Shown here: positions 10,159 to 18,978 of the stretch, in pieces | How the letters are laid out: every line of letters starts with the position of its first letter | Position numbering within the stretch: the stretch's first letter is position 1 | NCBI GenBank assembly: GCA_965220485.1 | Contig: OZ244832.1 | Span: 1,674,882-1,738,881 of the forward strand | Origin: Candidatus Aldehydirespirator sp. | GTDB taxonomy: Bacteria > Actinomycetota > Acidimicrobiia > Acidimicrobiales > Aldehydirespiratoraceae | DNA: 64,000 nucleotides | Reading direction: 5' to 3' | The notes under the pieces: model-generated | What the model saw: only the letters and a program-made list of their open reading frames with translations | Database searches by the model: none | Told to the model about the DNA's origin: nothing | Made by a program: the position numbers and the translations under genes

Positions 10159-10220
10159 GATTTTTTCAAACAGTTGAAGGATTATCTAGTATATTACAAG
10201 ATAATATAGTCTATCTGATG
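10159..10220 (-). promoter_or_regulatory. AT-rich island with operator-like inverted repeat TATATTA-N5-TAATATA, upstream of the hydrolase gene
   Basis: Sharp AT-rich patch in otherwise GC-rich DNA, 45-100 nt upstream of start 10113. Inverted repeat at 10190-10208. -10-like TATAAT-type hexamers occur on the minus strand. Confidence 0.4.
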
Positions 10221-10643
10221 TTGTGCTGTTCGCCAACACCGGCACCGAGCATCCGGCGACATATTACACCTCGCCTGCTGTCGTTTCAGAACTCTGCGTC
10301 TAGTGTCCAACCGCTGTGGGCGCTCGGTCGCCTCGTGAGTATGGGCGCGCAGTGGGGCGGACCAACAGGCCCGCCCCACTGGTCGTTTCTGCCGGAAATC
10401 CCGGGCGAGCCTCGCACACTCGCGGCCGAAACAGCCGTGGTGCCTGGCCGGATGTGACTAGGTCCGGCGACTCGGGTCCGGGGGTGGAGCTGGCGGGGAT
10501 TCGCCAGTCGGTCCAGCTTGCCGTAGCTAGCGGCCAGCCACCTCCAAGGTCACAAAGCGTTTAGCACTCAGTTGGACCACCTCCTTTCCCTTGGTGGTAC
10601 CAGTCAACCACACGCACCGGCGCCGCGCCACGCTTTTGCTGGC

Positions 10644-10758
10644 CTATCCGCTCGGCCCCACTGTTGCCCACTCTTGTTCGCTGCGCTCACGGGCCGCTCG
10701 GGCCACAGCCTCGCCGGCACCCTGCGAATCTCCATGAACTCGACCCATCCGCTCGGCC
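10644..10758 (-). repeat. Intergenic repeat family copy C (inverted orientation)
   Basis: The reverse complement reads GGCCGAGCGGATGGG...GAGGCTGTGGCCCGAGCGGCCCGTGAGCGCAGCGAACAAGAGTGGG...GGCCGAGCGGATAG. Confidence 0.85.
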
Positions 10759-10759
10759 C

Positions 10760-10866
10760 CTAGGTGGCTGGTGCCAAACTCCCGAAATGGGGGGATTGCG
10801 GTCACAAAACCCCAGGTCAGCGACTTGCGAATTGTGGCAAATTGCCATTTAACACCAGCCACCTAG
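10760..10866 (+). repeat. 107-bp unit 'A' copy 1 (ends are inverted repeats CTAGGTGGCTGGTG...CACCAGCCACCTAG)
   Basis: Near-identical to 10966-11072 and to the reverse complement of 13024-13130. Confidence 0.9.
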
Positions 10867-10966
10867 GAGACTGCTGAGTAAGTCACAAATTGCTAGTTTC
10901 GTGATCATAAAACCCCAGGTCAGAGGCTTGTGGGTTGGCCGAAATCGGTATTACTCAGCAGTCTCC
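10866..10966. mobile_element. 101-bp MITE-like derivative of the neighbouring IS (both IS termini, no transposase)
   Basis: Begins GGAGACTGCTGAGTAAG and ends TTACTCAGCAGTCTCC, the same terminal inverted repeats as the IS at 11072-13024. Sits between two unit-A copies at a CCTA|TAGG junction. Confidence 0.75.
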
Positions 10967-11072
10967 TAGGTGGCTGGTGCCAAACTCCCGAAATGGGGGT
11001 TTTGCGGTCACAAAACCCCAGGTCAGCGACTTGCGAATTGTGGCAAATTGCCATTTGACACCAGCCACCTAG
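10966..11072 (+). repeat. 107-bp unit 'A' copy 2
   Basis: Direct repeat of 10760-10866. Abuts the left end of the IS. Confidence 0.9.
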
Positions 11073-13024
11073 GAGACTGCTGAGTAATTCGGGTCGGGGT
11101 GCTCGCGATCGTGTGGGGGGTGTGGGAGAATCGGGGGCATGCAGGGAACTGAGAAGCCGGATCGGGAACTGTTGGACGCGCTGGGGCTGTGCGGGGCTCT
11201 GGTGGGTGAGGGGTCGGTGCATCGGTTCTTGGCCGAGCACCGCCTGAGGCTGTTTGCTGACGGGTTGTTCGCGGATCTGTTCGGGCCGCGTGGGCGGCCG
11301 TCGGTGCCGGGGTCGGTGATCGCGGTGGTGATGGTGCTGCAGGCGCTGGAGGGGTGCTCTGACCGCGAGGCGCTGGAGCGGCTGCGCTGTGATGTGCGCT
11401 GGAAGGCCGCGGCGGGTCTCAGCATCGACGACGGGGGCTTCGACGCGAGCGTGTTGACGCTGTGGCGCCAGAGGCTGCGGGCCAGTGAGCGCCCCGAGCG
11501 GATCTTCGACGCGGTGCGCGAGGTGGCCGCTGAGTGCGGGGCGCTGTCAAAGAGGACGCGGCGGGCGCTGGACTCCACGGTGCTGTATGACGCGGTGGCG
11601 ACCCAGGACACGGTCACGATGATCTCAGCTCAGATACGGCGTGTGCGCCGCCTGGCGCCGCGTGCGGCCGCGGTGGCGCTGGGCCATGGCTACGACAGCC
11701 GGGCCAAGCCGGTGTGCGACTGGGGCGACCCCGATGAGCGGTCCTGGCTCATAGACGAGATGGTCACAGACGCCCGTGCGGTGCTCGACGCGCTCGAGGG
11801 CTCAGAGCTCACAGAGGAGCAGGCCGAGGCGGCGGCGCTGCTGGCGGTGGTGGCCGGCCAGGACGTCGAGGCCGACCCGAAGGTGCCGGGTCGCTGGCGC
11901 ATAGCGCGCCGCGTGGCGCCGGGGCGGGTGATATCGACGGTGGACCCCGAGGCCCGCCACGCCCGCAAGTCCCGCTCGCAGCGCCGCGACGGCTACAAGG
12001 CCCACATCTGCGCCGAGCCCGACACCGGGCTCATCACCGCAGCAGAGCTCACCACAGCAGACACATCAGACGCCCGAGTCGGCCCCCGCCTCCTCAACAA
12101 CGATCCCACAGCCCCCCACAACACCACCGACACCGCCACCACCGACACCACCGCCGACACCGACACCGCCGACACCGCCACCGCCGACACCGACACCGCC
12201 GACACCGACACCGACACCGCCGACACCGCCGACACCACCGCCGACACCGCCGACACCGACACCGAGACCGCCGACGCCGACACCGCCGACGCCGATACCG
12301 ACGCCGAGACCGGCGACAGCGATGCCGTCTTGGGGGCTGGGGGGTTCGTGGGGCTGGTGCTGGCCGACTCCGCCTACGCGTCGGGCGAGGCGCTCGACGC
12401 GTTCGAGGGCGCCGGCTACGCCACCGCCATCAAGCCCATCGACCCCAGGCCGCGCATCAAAGGGGGCTTCACCCGAGACGACTTCACCATCGACACCGAC
12501 GCCCAGACCGTGACCTGCCCCGCCGGGCACACCAAAGCCGTCACCTCCGGCGCGGCCCGCTTCGGCGCGCTGTGCGGCGGCTGCCCCCTGCGCGCCCGCT
12601 GCACCACCTCGCGCTCCGGGCGCAGCGTCACCGTCGACGCACACCACGCGCGCCGCCAAGCCAACAAGACCCGCTGGGCCCAGCCCGCAACCCAGGCCGC
12701 CTACCGCCGGCACCGCCCCATGGCCGAGAGATCCATCGCGTGGCTCACCCGCAACAAAGCCAGACGCGTCCCCTACCGAGGCGTCGCCGCCAACCACCTC
12801 TGGCTCACCACCAGAGCCGCCGCCGTCAACCTCGTGCGCCTCACCAACCTCGGCGTCACCCACACAGGCGGCGCATTCACCCTCTGAGCCCCGGCGGCAG
12901 CGCCGCGCGCCCGGGCCCGCACCAACCACAGCACCCCACCACCCCGAACCCCGCCGACCGACCCCGCCGACCCCGCCGACCCCGCCCGACACCCGGTCGC
13001 CGCACCAGTTGCTCAGCAGTCTCC
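11072..13024 (+). mobile_element. Insertion sequence, IS1182/IS5-superfamily-like (~1.95 kb)
   Basis: Terminal inverted repeats GGAGACTGCTGAGTAA (11072-11087) and TTGCTCAGCAGTCTCC (13009-13024). Single transposase ORF. Flanks read CCTA|IS|TAGG, consistent with a TA duplication in a CCTAGG palindrome. Alternatively the flanking unit-A copies are ~125-bp extended TIRs. Confidence 0.8.
11139..12887 (+). CDS. DDE transposase (InsH/DUF772-type N-terminus, Cys-rich zinc-ribbon, IS1182-like C-terminus) with internal Thr/Asp/Ala low-complexity insert
   Basis: N-terminal PSVPGSVIAVVMVLQALEGCSDREALERLRCDVRWKAAAGL. Cys cluster CPAGH...CGGCPLRARC. C-terminal MAERSIAWLTR...YRG. Confidence 0.85.
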   Translation: MQGTEKPDRELLDALGLCGALVGEGSVHRFLAEHRLRLFADGLFADLFGPRGRPSVPGSVIAVVMVLQALEGCSDREALERLRCDVRWKAAAGLSIDDGGFDASVLTLWRQRLRASERPERIFDAVREVAAECGALSKRTRRALDSTVLYDAVATQDTVTMISAQIRRVRRLAPRAAAVALGHGYDSRAKPVCDWGDPDERSWLIDEMVTDARAVLDALEGSELTEEQAEAAALLAVVAGQDVEADPKVPGRWRIARRVAPGRVISTVDPEARHARKSRSQRRDGYKAHICAEPDTGLITAAELTTADTSDARVGPRLLNNDPTAPHNTTDTATTDTTADTDTADTATADTDTADTDTDTADTADTTADTADTDTETADADTADADTDAETGDSDAVLGAGGFVGLVLADSAYASGEALDAFEGAGYATAIKPIDPRPRIKGGFTRDDFTIDTDAQTVTCPAGHTKAVTSGAARFGALCGGCPLRARCTTSRSGRSVTVDAHHARRQANKTRWAQPATQAAYRRHRPMAERSIAWLTRNKARRVPYRGVAANHLWLTTRAAAVNLVRLTNLGVTHTGGAFTL

Positions 13025-13130
13025 TAGGTGGCTGGTGTTAAATGGCAATTTGCCACAATTCGCAAGTCGCTGACCTGGGGTTTTGTGACCGCAAAACCCC
13101 CATTTCGGGAGTTTGGCACCAGCCACCTAG
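13024..13130 (-). repeat. 107-bp unit 'A' copy 3 (inverted)
   Basis: Reverse complement of unit A, directly abutting the right end of the IS. Confidence 0.9.
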
Positions 13131-13621
13131 GCGGGCGGCTCGCCCGTGCTGAAGGCGCCGATCTCGGCCAGATAGGATAGCTGAGCCTCGAGGATGCACA
13201 CCACGTCCACCGGGTCGGGGCCTCCCTCCTCCAAGGATCGGGCCACCACGGCATCGAACGCCGCGTCGGTGTCGGCCACGGCCATGTCGTCGACAGCTAC
13301 CGCTGGATCGCCCAGCTCCAGGCCGTGGGAGGTAGCGAGGCCGACCGCCGCGAACCAGTCCAGATGCCAGCCGAGCACCGCTGTGACCTCCTCGTAGCTC
13401 ACCCTGGCGGTTACTTCGTCGGGCAGGCGATCAGCCACATAGTCGACCGCGTCCGACAGCCGGTACACCGACGGTGCGGTCTCCTGCTCCAGGCGCCCGA
13501 CCGCGATCCCCACCGAGACGAAGGCGATCGCCACCACGGCGACCGCGCCGACGGCTGCGATCAGCCAGATCACCGTGCTGACCGCCAGTTGTCGAGCGAA
13601 CTTCCCCCGACTTTGCCACAC
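13127..13621 (-). CDS. Hypothetical single-pass membrane protein
   Basis: N-terminal TM helix VIWLIAAVGAVAVVAIAFVSVGIAV. GC3-rich coding look. No recognisable family. Confidence 0.5.
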   Translation of the reverse strand: MWQSRGKFARQLAVSTVIWLIAAVGAVAVVAIAFVSVGIAVGRLEQETAPSVYRLSDAVDYVADRLPDEVTARVSYEEVTAVLGWHLDWFAAVGLATSHGLELGDPAVAVDDMAVADTDAAFDAVVARSLEEGGPDPVDVVCILEAQLSYLAEIGAFSTGEPPA

Positions 13622-13669
13622 ATAGTGTGGGGAACCACAGGATGTTCGCCGATGGGCGCCGCGCCCCGG

Positions 13670-14785
13670 CTAGAGGCCGATGCGCTGGGCCAGCAGCTCC
13701 CGGTGGTAGGTGGGATCGCCGAAGAGGAGCTCCGAGCTCTTGGCCCGCTTGAAGTACAGGTGCGCCGGGTGCTCCCAGGTGAAGCCGATCCCGCCGTGAA
13801 TCTGTATGTTCTCGGCCGCGGCGTGGAAATAGGCCTCCGAGCAATAGCTCTTCGCCAGCGAGGCAACCTGAGGCAACTCGTCGTTCATCTCGGCTGCGCA
13901 CCAGCCCGCGTAGTAGGCGGCGGACTTGGCCGACTCCACCTCTAGGAGCATGTCGGCGCACTTGTGCTTGATCGCCTGGAACGAGCCGATGGGCCGACCG
14001 AACTGCACGCGGATCTTGGCGTACTCCACCGACATGTCCAGGCAGCGCTGCGCGCCGCCCACCTGCTCGGCCGCCAGGGCCACCGCAGCCAGATCGAGCA
14101 CGGTCTGCAGCACCGGCCAGCCCTGCCCTTCTTCGCCGATCAGCGTCGCCTCCACTGCCTCGAAGGTGAGCTTGGCCTGCTTGCGGGTCTGGTCCATGGT
14201 CGACAGCGCCGTGCGGGTAAGCCCTACGGAATCGGGATCGACAGTGAACAGCGAGACGCCGCCGCCGGTGCGGGCCGCCACGATCAGCAGGTCGGCGGTG
14301 TGCCCGTCGAGGACGTACATCTTGACGCCGTCCAGGCGCCACGACCCGTTGTCAGCCGTCGCAGCCATGGTGACACCGGGCTCGTCCCAGCGGCCGTTCT
14401 GCTCGGTGAAGGCCAGCGCCCCCCTCGTCTCGCCCGAGGCGATTTCGGGCAGGTGGGCCTGCTTGGCCGTCTCGTCACCGCAGAGCATCAACGTGTTGGC
14501 GGCCAGCACCGCTGAGGAGAAGTAGGGGGCGCACAGCAGCGACCGCCCCATCTCCTCGAGCACGACCACCTGCTCAATACAAGTGAAGCCCTGGCCACCG
14601 TAGGCCTCGGGGATGGTCAGGGCGGGTAGGCCCATCTGCTCGGACAATTGCGTCCAAACGTCGGGGTCGAAACCCCGCTCGGTGTCCATCTGCTCGCGCA
14701 CCGCGGACTCGGGCGACTTCTCCTCCAGGAAGCTGCGGACGAAGTCTCGAAGCTGCTCCTGCTCGTCGGTGAATGCGAAGTTCAC
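13670..14785 (-). CDS. Acyl-CoA dehydrogenase family protein
   Basis: ACAD-type N-terminal, middle and C-terminal layout. C-terminal ...IQIHGGIGFTWEHPAHLYFKRAK is typical of ACADs. Confidence 0.85.
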   Translation of the reverse strand: MNFAFTDEQEQLRDFVRSFLEEKSPESAVREQMDTERGFDPDVWTQLSEQMGLPALTIPEAYGGQGFTCIEQVVVLEEMGRSLLCAPYFSSAVLAANTLMLCGDETAKQAHLPEIASGETRGALAFTEQNGRWDEPGVTMAATADNGSWRLDGVKMYVLDGHTADLLIVAARTGGGVSLFTVDPDSVGLTRTALSTMDQTRKQAKLTFEAVEATLIGEEGQGWPVLQTVLDLAAVALAAEQVGGAQRCLDMSVEYAKIRVQFGRPIGSFQAIKHKCADMLLEVESAKSAAYYAGWCAAEMNDELPQVASLAKSYCSEAYFHAAAENIQIHGGIGFTWEHPAHLYFKRAKSSELLFGDPTYHRELLAQRIGL

Positions 14786-14888
14786 GTGGGACTCTCCTGC
14801 CAGCTATGTGGGGCAAACCGTGTGGGGCCAAGCTATCGGGGCGGATCCTGCCTTGAACGGTCGTAGTGCCCGCCGCGGCGGCGTGTCT

Positions 14889-15160
14889 CCCGCTCCTGAT
14901 CGCTGCGCTCACCGGCCGCTCGGGCAGTGTCCCCGCTCCTGATCGCTGCGCTCACCGGCCGCTCGGGCAGTGTCCCCGCTCCTGATCGCTGCGCTCACCG
15001 GCCGCTCGGGCAGTGTCCCCGCTCCTGATCGCTGCGCTCACCGGCCGCTCGGGCAGTGTCCCCGCTCCTGATCGCTGCGCTCACCGGCCGCTCGGGCCGC
15101 GGGGCCTCGCTGAACGCCCCGCGCCGCCCTAAGCACAGTGGTGCCTGCACGCTCGGCCTC
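14889..15160 (-). repeat. Intergenic repeat family copy D (inverted; 3' box expanded as 5 tandem 43-bp units, 14889-15100)
   Basis: The unit cccgctcctgatcgctgcgctcaccggccgctcgggcagtgtc has period 43 (G at 14892, 14935, 14978, 15021, 15064). The 5' box GAGGCCGAGCG (reverse complement) ends at 15160, 13 nt from the sufC start. Confidence 0.9.
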
Positions 15161-15172
15161 TAGGATCGGTGC

Positions 15173-15927
<755 letters not shown>

Positions 15928-15931
<4 letters not shown>

Positions 15932-16027
15932 CCGGCAGCGGCGACCGGCTCGGAGGACACCCGTCGTGACCGGCAGCGGCGACCGGCTCGGAGGACACCC
16001 GTCGTGACCGGCAGCGGCGACCGGCCC
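15928..16027 (+). repeat. 38-bp tandem duplication (2.6 copies) at the sufC/sufS junction
   Basis: GTGACCGGCAGCGGCGACCGGCTCGGAGGACACCCGTC occurs at 15928 and 15966, with a partial copy at 16004. Each copy carries the GTGA stop/start motif. Only the third GTG opens the sufS frame. Confidence 0.9.
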
Positions 16028-17248
16028 GAGGTGGGAGCGCGGGCGGACTTCCCCCTCCTGGGGCGGGAGGTGCACGGCAGGCCGATCATCTACCTCGACT
16101 CGGCCGCCTCGTCGCAGAAGCCCCGCTGCGTCCTCGACGCCATGAACATCTACTACGAGACGATCAACGCCAACGTCCACCGGGGCGCCTACGAGATCGC
16201 AGCCCAGGCCACCGAGGCCATGGAGGCGGCCCGGGCTGCCGTTGCCCGTTTCGTGAACGCGCCGTCCCCCGACGAGATCGTGTTCACCAAGAACGTCACC
16301 GAGGCCATCAACCTCGTGGCCCGCTCGTGGGGCGGGGCCAACCTCGGGCCGGGCGACGCAGTGGTGATCACCGAGATGGAGCACCACGCCAACATCGTTC
16401 CCTGGCACATAATGGCGGCCGAGAGGGGCTTCGAGCTTCGCTGGATCGGCGTCGGAGCCGACGGCCAGCTCGATCTCAGCAACTTCGACCGGCTCCTCGA
16501 CGGGGCCAAGCTGCTGGGCGTGACCGCCATGAGCAACGTGCTGGGCACGCTCAACCCGATACGCCGGCTGGCCGACGCCGCCCACGACGCCGGGGCGCTG
16601 ATCCTGGTGGACGCGGCCCAGTACGTCCCGCATCTGCCGACCGACGTCCAGGCCCTCGGAGCCGATTTCCTGGGCTTCACCGGCCACAAGATGTGCGGTC
16701 CCACCGGGATCGGGGTGCTGTGGGCCAGAGCTGAGCTGCTGGAGGCGATGCCTCCGTTCCTCGGGGGCGGCGAGATGATCCTGGATGTGCGCAAGGACGG
16801 CTTCCTGCCCAACCACATCCCCCACAAGTTCGAGGCCGGAACCCCGCCCATCGCCGAGATCATCGGACTCGGCGCCGCCGTCGAGTACCTCGACGGCCTG
16901 GGCATGGACCGGGTGCGGGCGCACGAGGTGAGCCTCACCGCTTACGCCATGCGCACGCTGGAGGAGCGCTACGGCTCAGACCTCGCGGTGCACGGGCCAG
17001 CCGAGCCTGCCTGCAGGGGCGGGGTGCTGTCGATGAGCTTCCGCGACATCCATCCCCACGACCTGTCGCAGGTGCTCGACGACCGCGGCGTGTGCGTGCG
17101 GGCCGGCCATCACTGCGCCAAGCCGCTGATGCGACATCTCGGGGTGCCGGCCACCGCCCGGGCGTCGCTCTACGTTTACAACGACACTTCCGACGTGGAC
17201 GCCCTCGCCGACGCGATCGGTGTCGCCGGCGACTTCTTCTCCAGGTAA
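16004..17248 (+). CDS. sufS: Cysteine desulfurase SufS (group II, PLP-dependent)
   Basis: HHANIVPW, the PLP-lysine motif FTGHKMCGPTGIG, and the catalytic-Cys motif RAGHHCA. Confidence 0.92.
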   Translation: MTGSGDRPEVGARADFPLLGREVHGRPIIYLDSAASSQKPRCVLDAMNIYYETINANVHRGAYEIAAQATEAMEAARAAVARFVNAPSPDEIVFTKNVTEAINLVARSWGGANLGPGDAVVITEMEHHANIVPWHIMAAERGFELRWIGVGADGQLDLSNFDRLLDGAKLLGVTAMSNVLGTLNPIRRLADAAHDAGALILVDAAQYVPHLPTDVQALGADFLGFTGHKMCGPTGIGVLWARAELLEAMPPFLGGGEMILDVRKDGFLPNHIPHKFEAGTPPIAEIIGLGAAVEYLDGLGMDRVRAHEVSLTAYAMRTLEERYGSDLAVHGPAEPACRGGVLSMSFRDIHPHDLSQVLDDRGVCVRAGHHCAKPLMRHLGVPATARASLYVYNDTSDVDALADAIGVAGDFFSR

Positions 17249-17347
17249 GAGGCCGAGCGGATGGGCGGCAAGTGGTGAGAGTCCTGGTGAGGCGCTCAGC
17301 GAGACCGTGGCCCGAGCGGCCCGTGAGCGCAGCGAACAAGAGCGGGA
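17249..17347 (+). repeat. Intergenic repeat family copy E
   Basis: Starts immediately after the sufS TAA: GAGGCCGAGCGGATGGG...GAGACCGTGGCCCGAGCGGCCCGTGAGCGCAGCGAACAAGAGCGGGA. Confidence 0.9.
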
Positions 17348-17409
17348 GACACGACGCTTCACCGCGAGGCGGCGTCACCTACCCGCGCGTGTTCTAAGAG
17401 GAGGAAGCC

Positions 17410-17898
17410 ATGGCCGGTCTGGAGGACCTGTATCGCGAGATCATCCTCGACCACTACCGCAGCCCCCGCAACCGCGGCGAGCTCGAGGTGCCGCCCGCGG
17501 TTCAGGCCGTGGGCTTCAACCCGCTGTGCGGCGACGAGGTAGTCGTCTACTTGGAGTTGCGCGACGGCGTGATCGCCGAGGTGTCGACGGGCGGCCAGGG
17601 GTGCTCCATCAGCCAGTCGTCGGCGTCGATGATGTCGACCGCGGTCAAGGGCCGCACGGTGGCCGAGGTGCGGCGGCTGGTGCGAGCCTTCAAGACGATG
17701 ATGTCCATCCACGGCAGCGGGATCGGCGGCACCGGCGACGATCTGGAGGACGAGCCCGACGGCGGCAACGGGGCCGGAGACGTGAAGCTCGGTGATCTGG
17801 AGGCCCTGCGCGGCGTGGTCAAGTTCCCGGTGCGCATCAAGTGCGCCACGCTGTCGTGGAACACCCTGGTGCAGGCCCTCGACGAGACCTTCGCCTGA
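17410..17898 (+). CDS. sufU: SUF-type Fe-S scaffold/sulfur acceptor SufU (NifU/IscU-like)
   Basis: Conserved Cys motifs NPLCGDE, GQGCSIS and IKCATL. AGGAGGAAGCC SD before the ATG. Carries a Gly/Asp-rich insertion before the last Cys. Confidence 0.88.
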   Translation: MAGLEDLYREIILDHYRSPRNRGELEVPPAVQAVGFNPLCGDEVVVYLELRDGVIAEVSTGGQGCSISQSSASMMSTAVKGRTVAEVRRLVRAFKTMMSIHGSGIGGTGDDLEDEPDGGNGAGDVKLGDLEALRGVVKFPVRIKCATLSWNTLVQALDETFA

Positions 17899-17933
17899 CA
17901 TCGCGGCCTCTGGGGGCTGTTACCGTCTAGTTC

Positions 17934-18977
17934 GTGACGGACCTGCCGCCGCCCGACTGGTACACCGACCCCGAGGACGCCGCCCAGTACCGGTACTGGG
18001 ACGGCTCGCAGTGGACCGACCATCGGGCGCCCCGTCACAGCAGTCCCTCTGAAGGCAGCAGCCGCTCCAGACATCGCAGCATCCGTGATCTGCTTACGGG
18101 CACTTGGAGGATGGCAACCCAGAACTGGCGGCCGCTGCTGATCATCTACGCGGTGGTCGCCGTCGTGTACTTGGTCGGTGAGCAAGCGGTCAGGGTGGGA
18201 TATGGCGACGTGTTCGGCGACACGCTGGGAGCTGTGATCAGCGATTTGGAGTCACTCGACCCCAACGCCGAGGCCGAGGAGACCGGAGCGGTGTTGGAGG
18301 GCAGCTGGAACGACCTGACGGACCGCCTGAGAGGCCTGGGCTCGTCGACGCTGGTCGCTGGGGTGCTGCTGATGGTGGTGGGTAGCGTCGCCGTGGTCGC
18401 AATCAACATCGTCGAGTTCGCTGCGTTCGGGCAGTTCACGATGGCCCGGTTGAGTGGCCGACGGATGGGGGCGACCCAAGCGTTGCGGGCCGGCCTGGGG
18501 CGCCTGGTGCGCATCATCGGCGTGGGCTTGATGCTGCTGGCGATGTGGTGCGCCGCGATGATGGTGGCCTCGCTCGTGGCGGGATTGCTGAGCCTGGCTT
18601 CGGGTGTGCTGGCGGTGGTGCTATTCCTGGCTGTGCTGGTGGTGATGGCGGGCGCGGTGCCGCTGGCGCTCCTTACCGCCATGACTGCCGCCGCGGGTCC
18701 GGCCACGCCGTCAATGCGCTATGCCCGCGACCTCCTGAGGGGCACCTATTGGGCGACCCTCGGCCGCATCGCCTTGCTCTTCGTCCTGTCGATGGCCGCG
18801 ACCGTCCCGGTGGTGGTCGTCGGCGAAGTGGCCGGACTCTTCAGCGACCCGCTCGCACGCGTGGCCCTGCTTGTGCTGAGCGTGTTCCCCGAAGTGCTGT
18901 CCAGCATCGCCTTCTTCACCGTCTATCACGACCTCGGCGGCGAGTCCGCCGACCCGGCCGTCTCGCCAGCCGCCTGA
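17934..18977 (+). CDS. DUF2510-type N-terminal domain fused to a polytopic membrane protein
   Basis: N-terminal PPDWYTDPEDAAQYRYWDGSQWTDH (DUF2510 signature), followed by several hydrophobic helices. Confidence 0.65.
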   Translation: MTDLPPPDWYTDPEDAAQYRYWDGSQWTDHRAPRHSSPSEGSSRSRHRSIRDLLTGTWRMATQNWRPLLIIYAVVAVVYLVGEQAVRVGYGDVFGDTLGAVISDLESLDPNAEAEETGAVLEGSWNDLTDRLRGLGSSTLVAGVLLMVVGSVAVVAINIVEFAAFGQFTMARLSGRRMGATQALRAGLGRLVRIIGVGLMLLAMWCAAMMVASLVAGLLSLASGVLAVVLFLAVLVVMAGAVPLALLTAMTAAAGPATPSMRYARDLLRGTYWATLGRIALLFVLSMAATVPVVVVGEVAGLFSDPLARVALLVLSVFPEVLSSIAFFTVYHDLGGESADPAVSPAA

Positions 18978-18978
18978 G

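Noticed and set aside
10483-10546. A possible tRNA or tmRNA gene on the minus strand, because of the ...CGAATCCCCGCCAGCTCCACC 3'-end-like sequence.
   Set aside because: I could not fold a cloverleaf. The T-loop lacks the TTC consensus and its stem does not pair. The only candidate 5' acceptor strand (GGAGGTG) gives a ~64-nt molecule with a mismatch. The upstream region is occupied by repeat elements rather than a tmRNA body. It is kept only as a possible att-like remnant.
14889-15100. A possible CRISPR array. The same question applies to 5532-5702 and 44529-44701.
   Set aside because: The repeat units are directly contiguous (periods of 43, 44 and 31 bp) with no unique spacers between them, and no cas genes are nearby. 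These are tandem repeats, not CRISPR.
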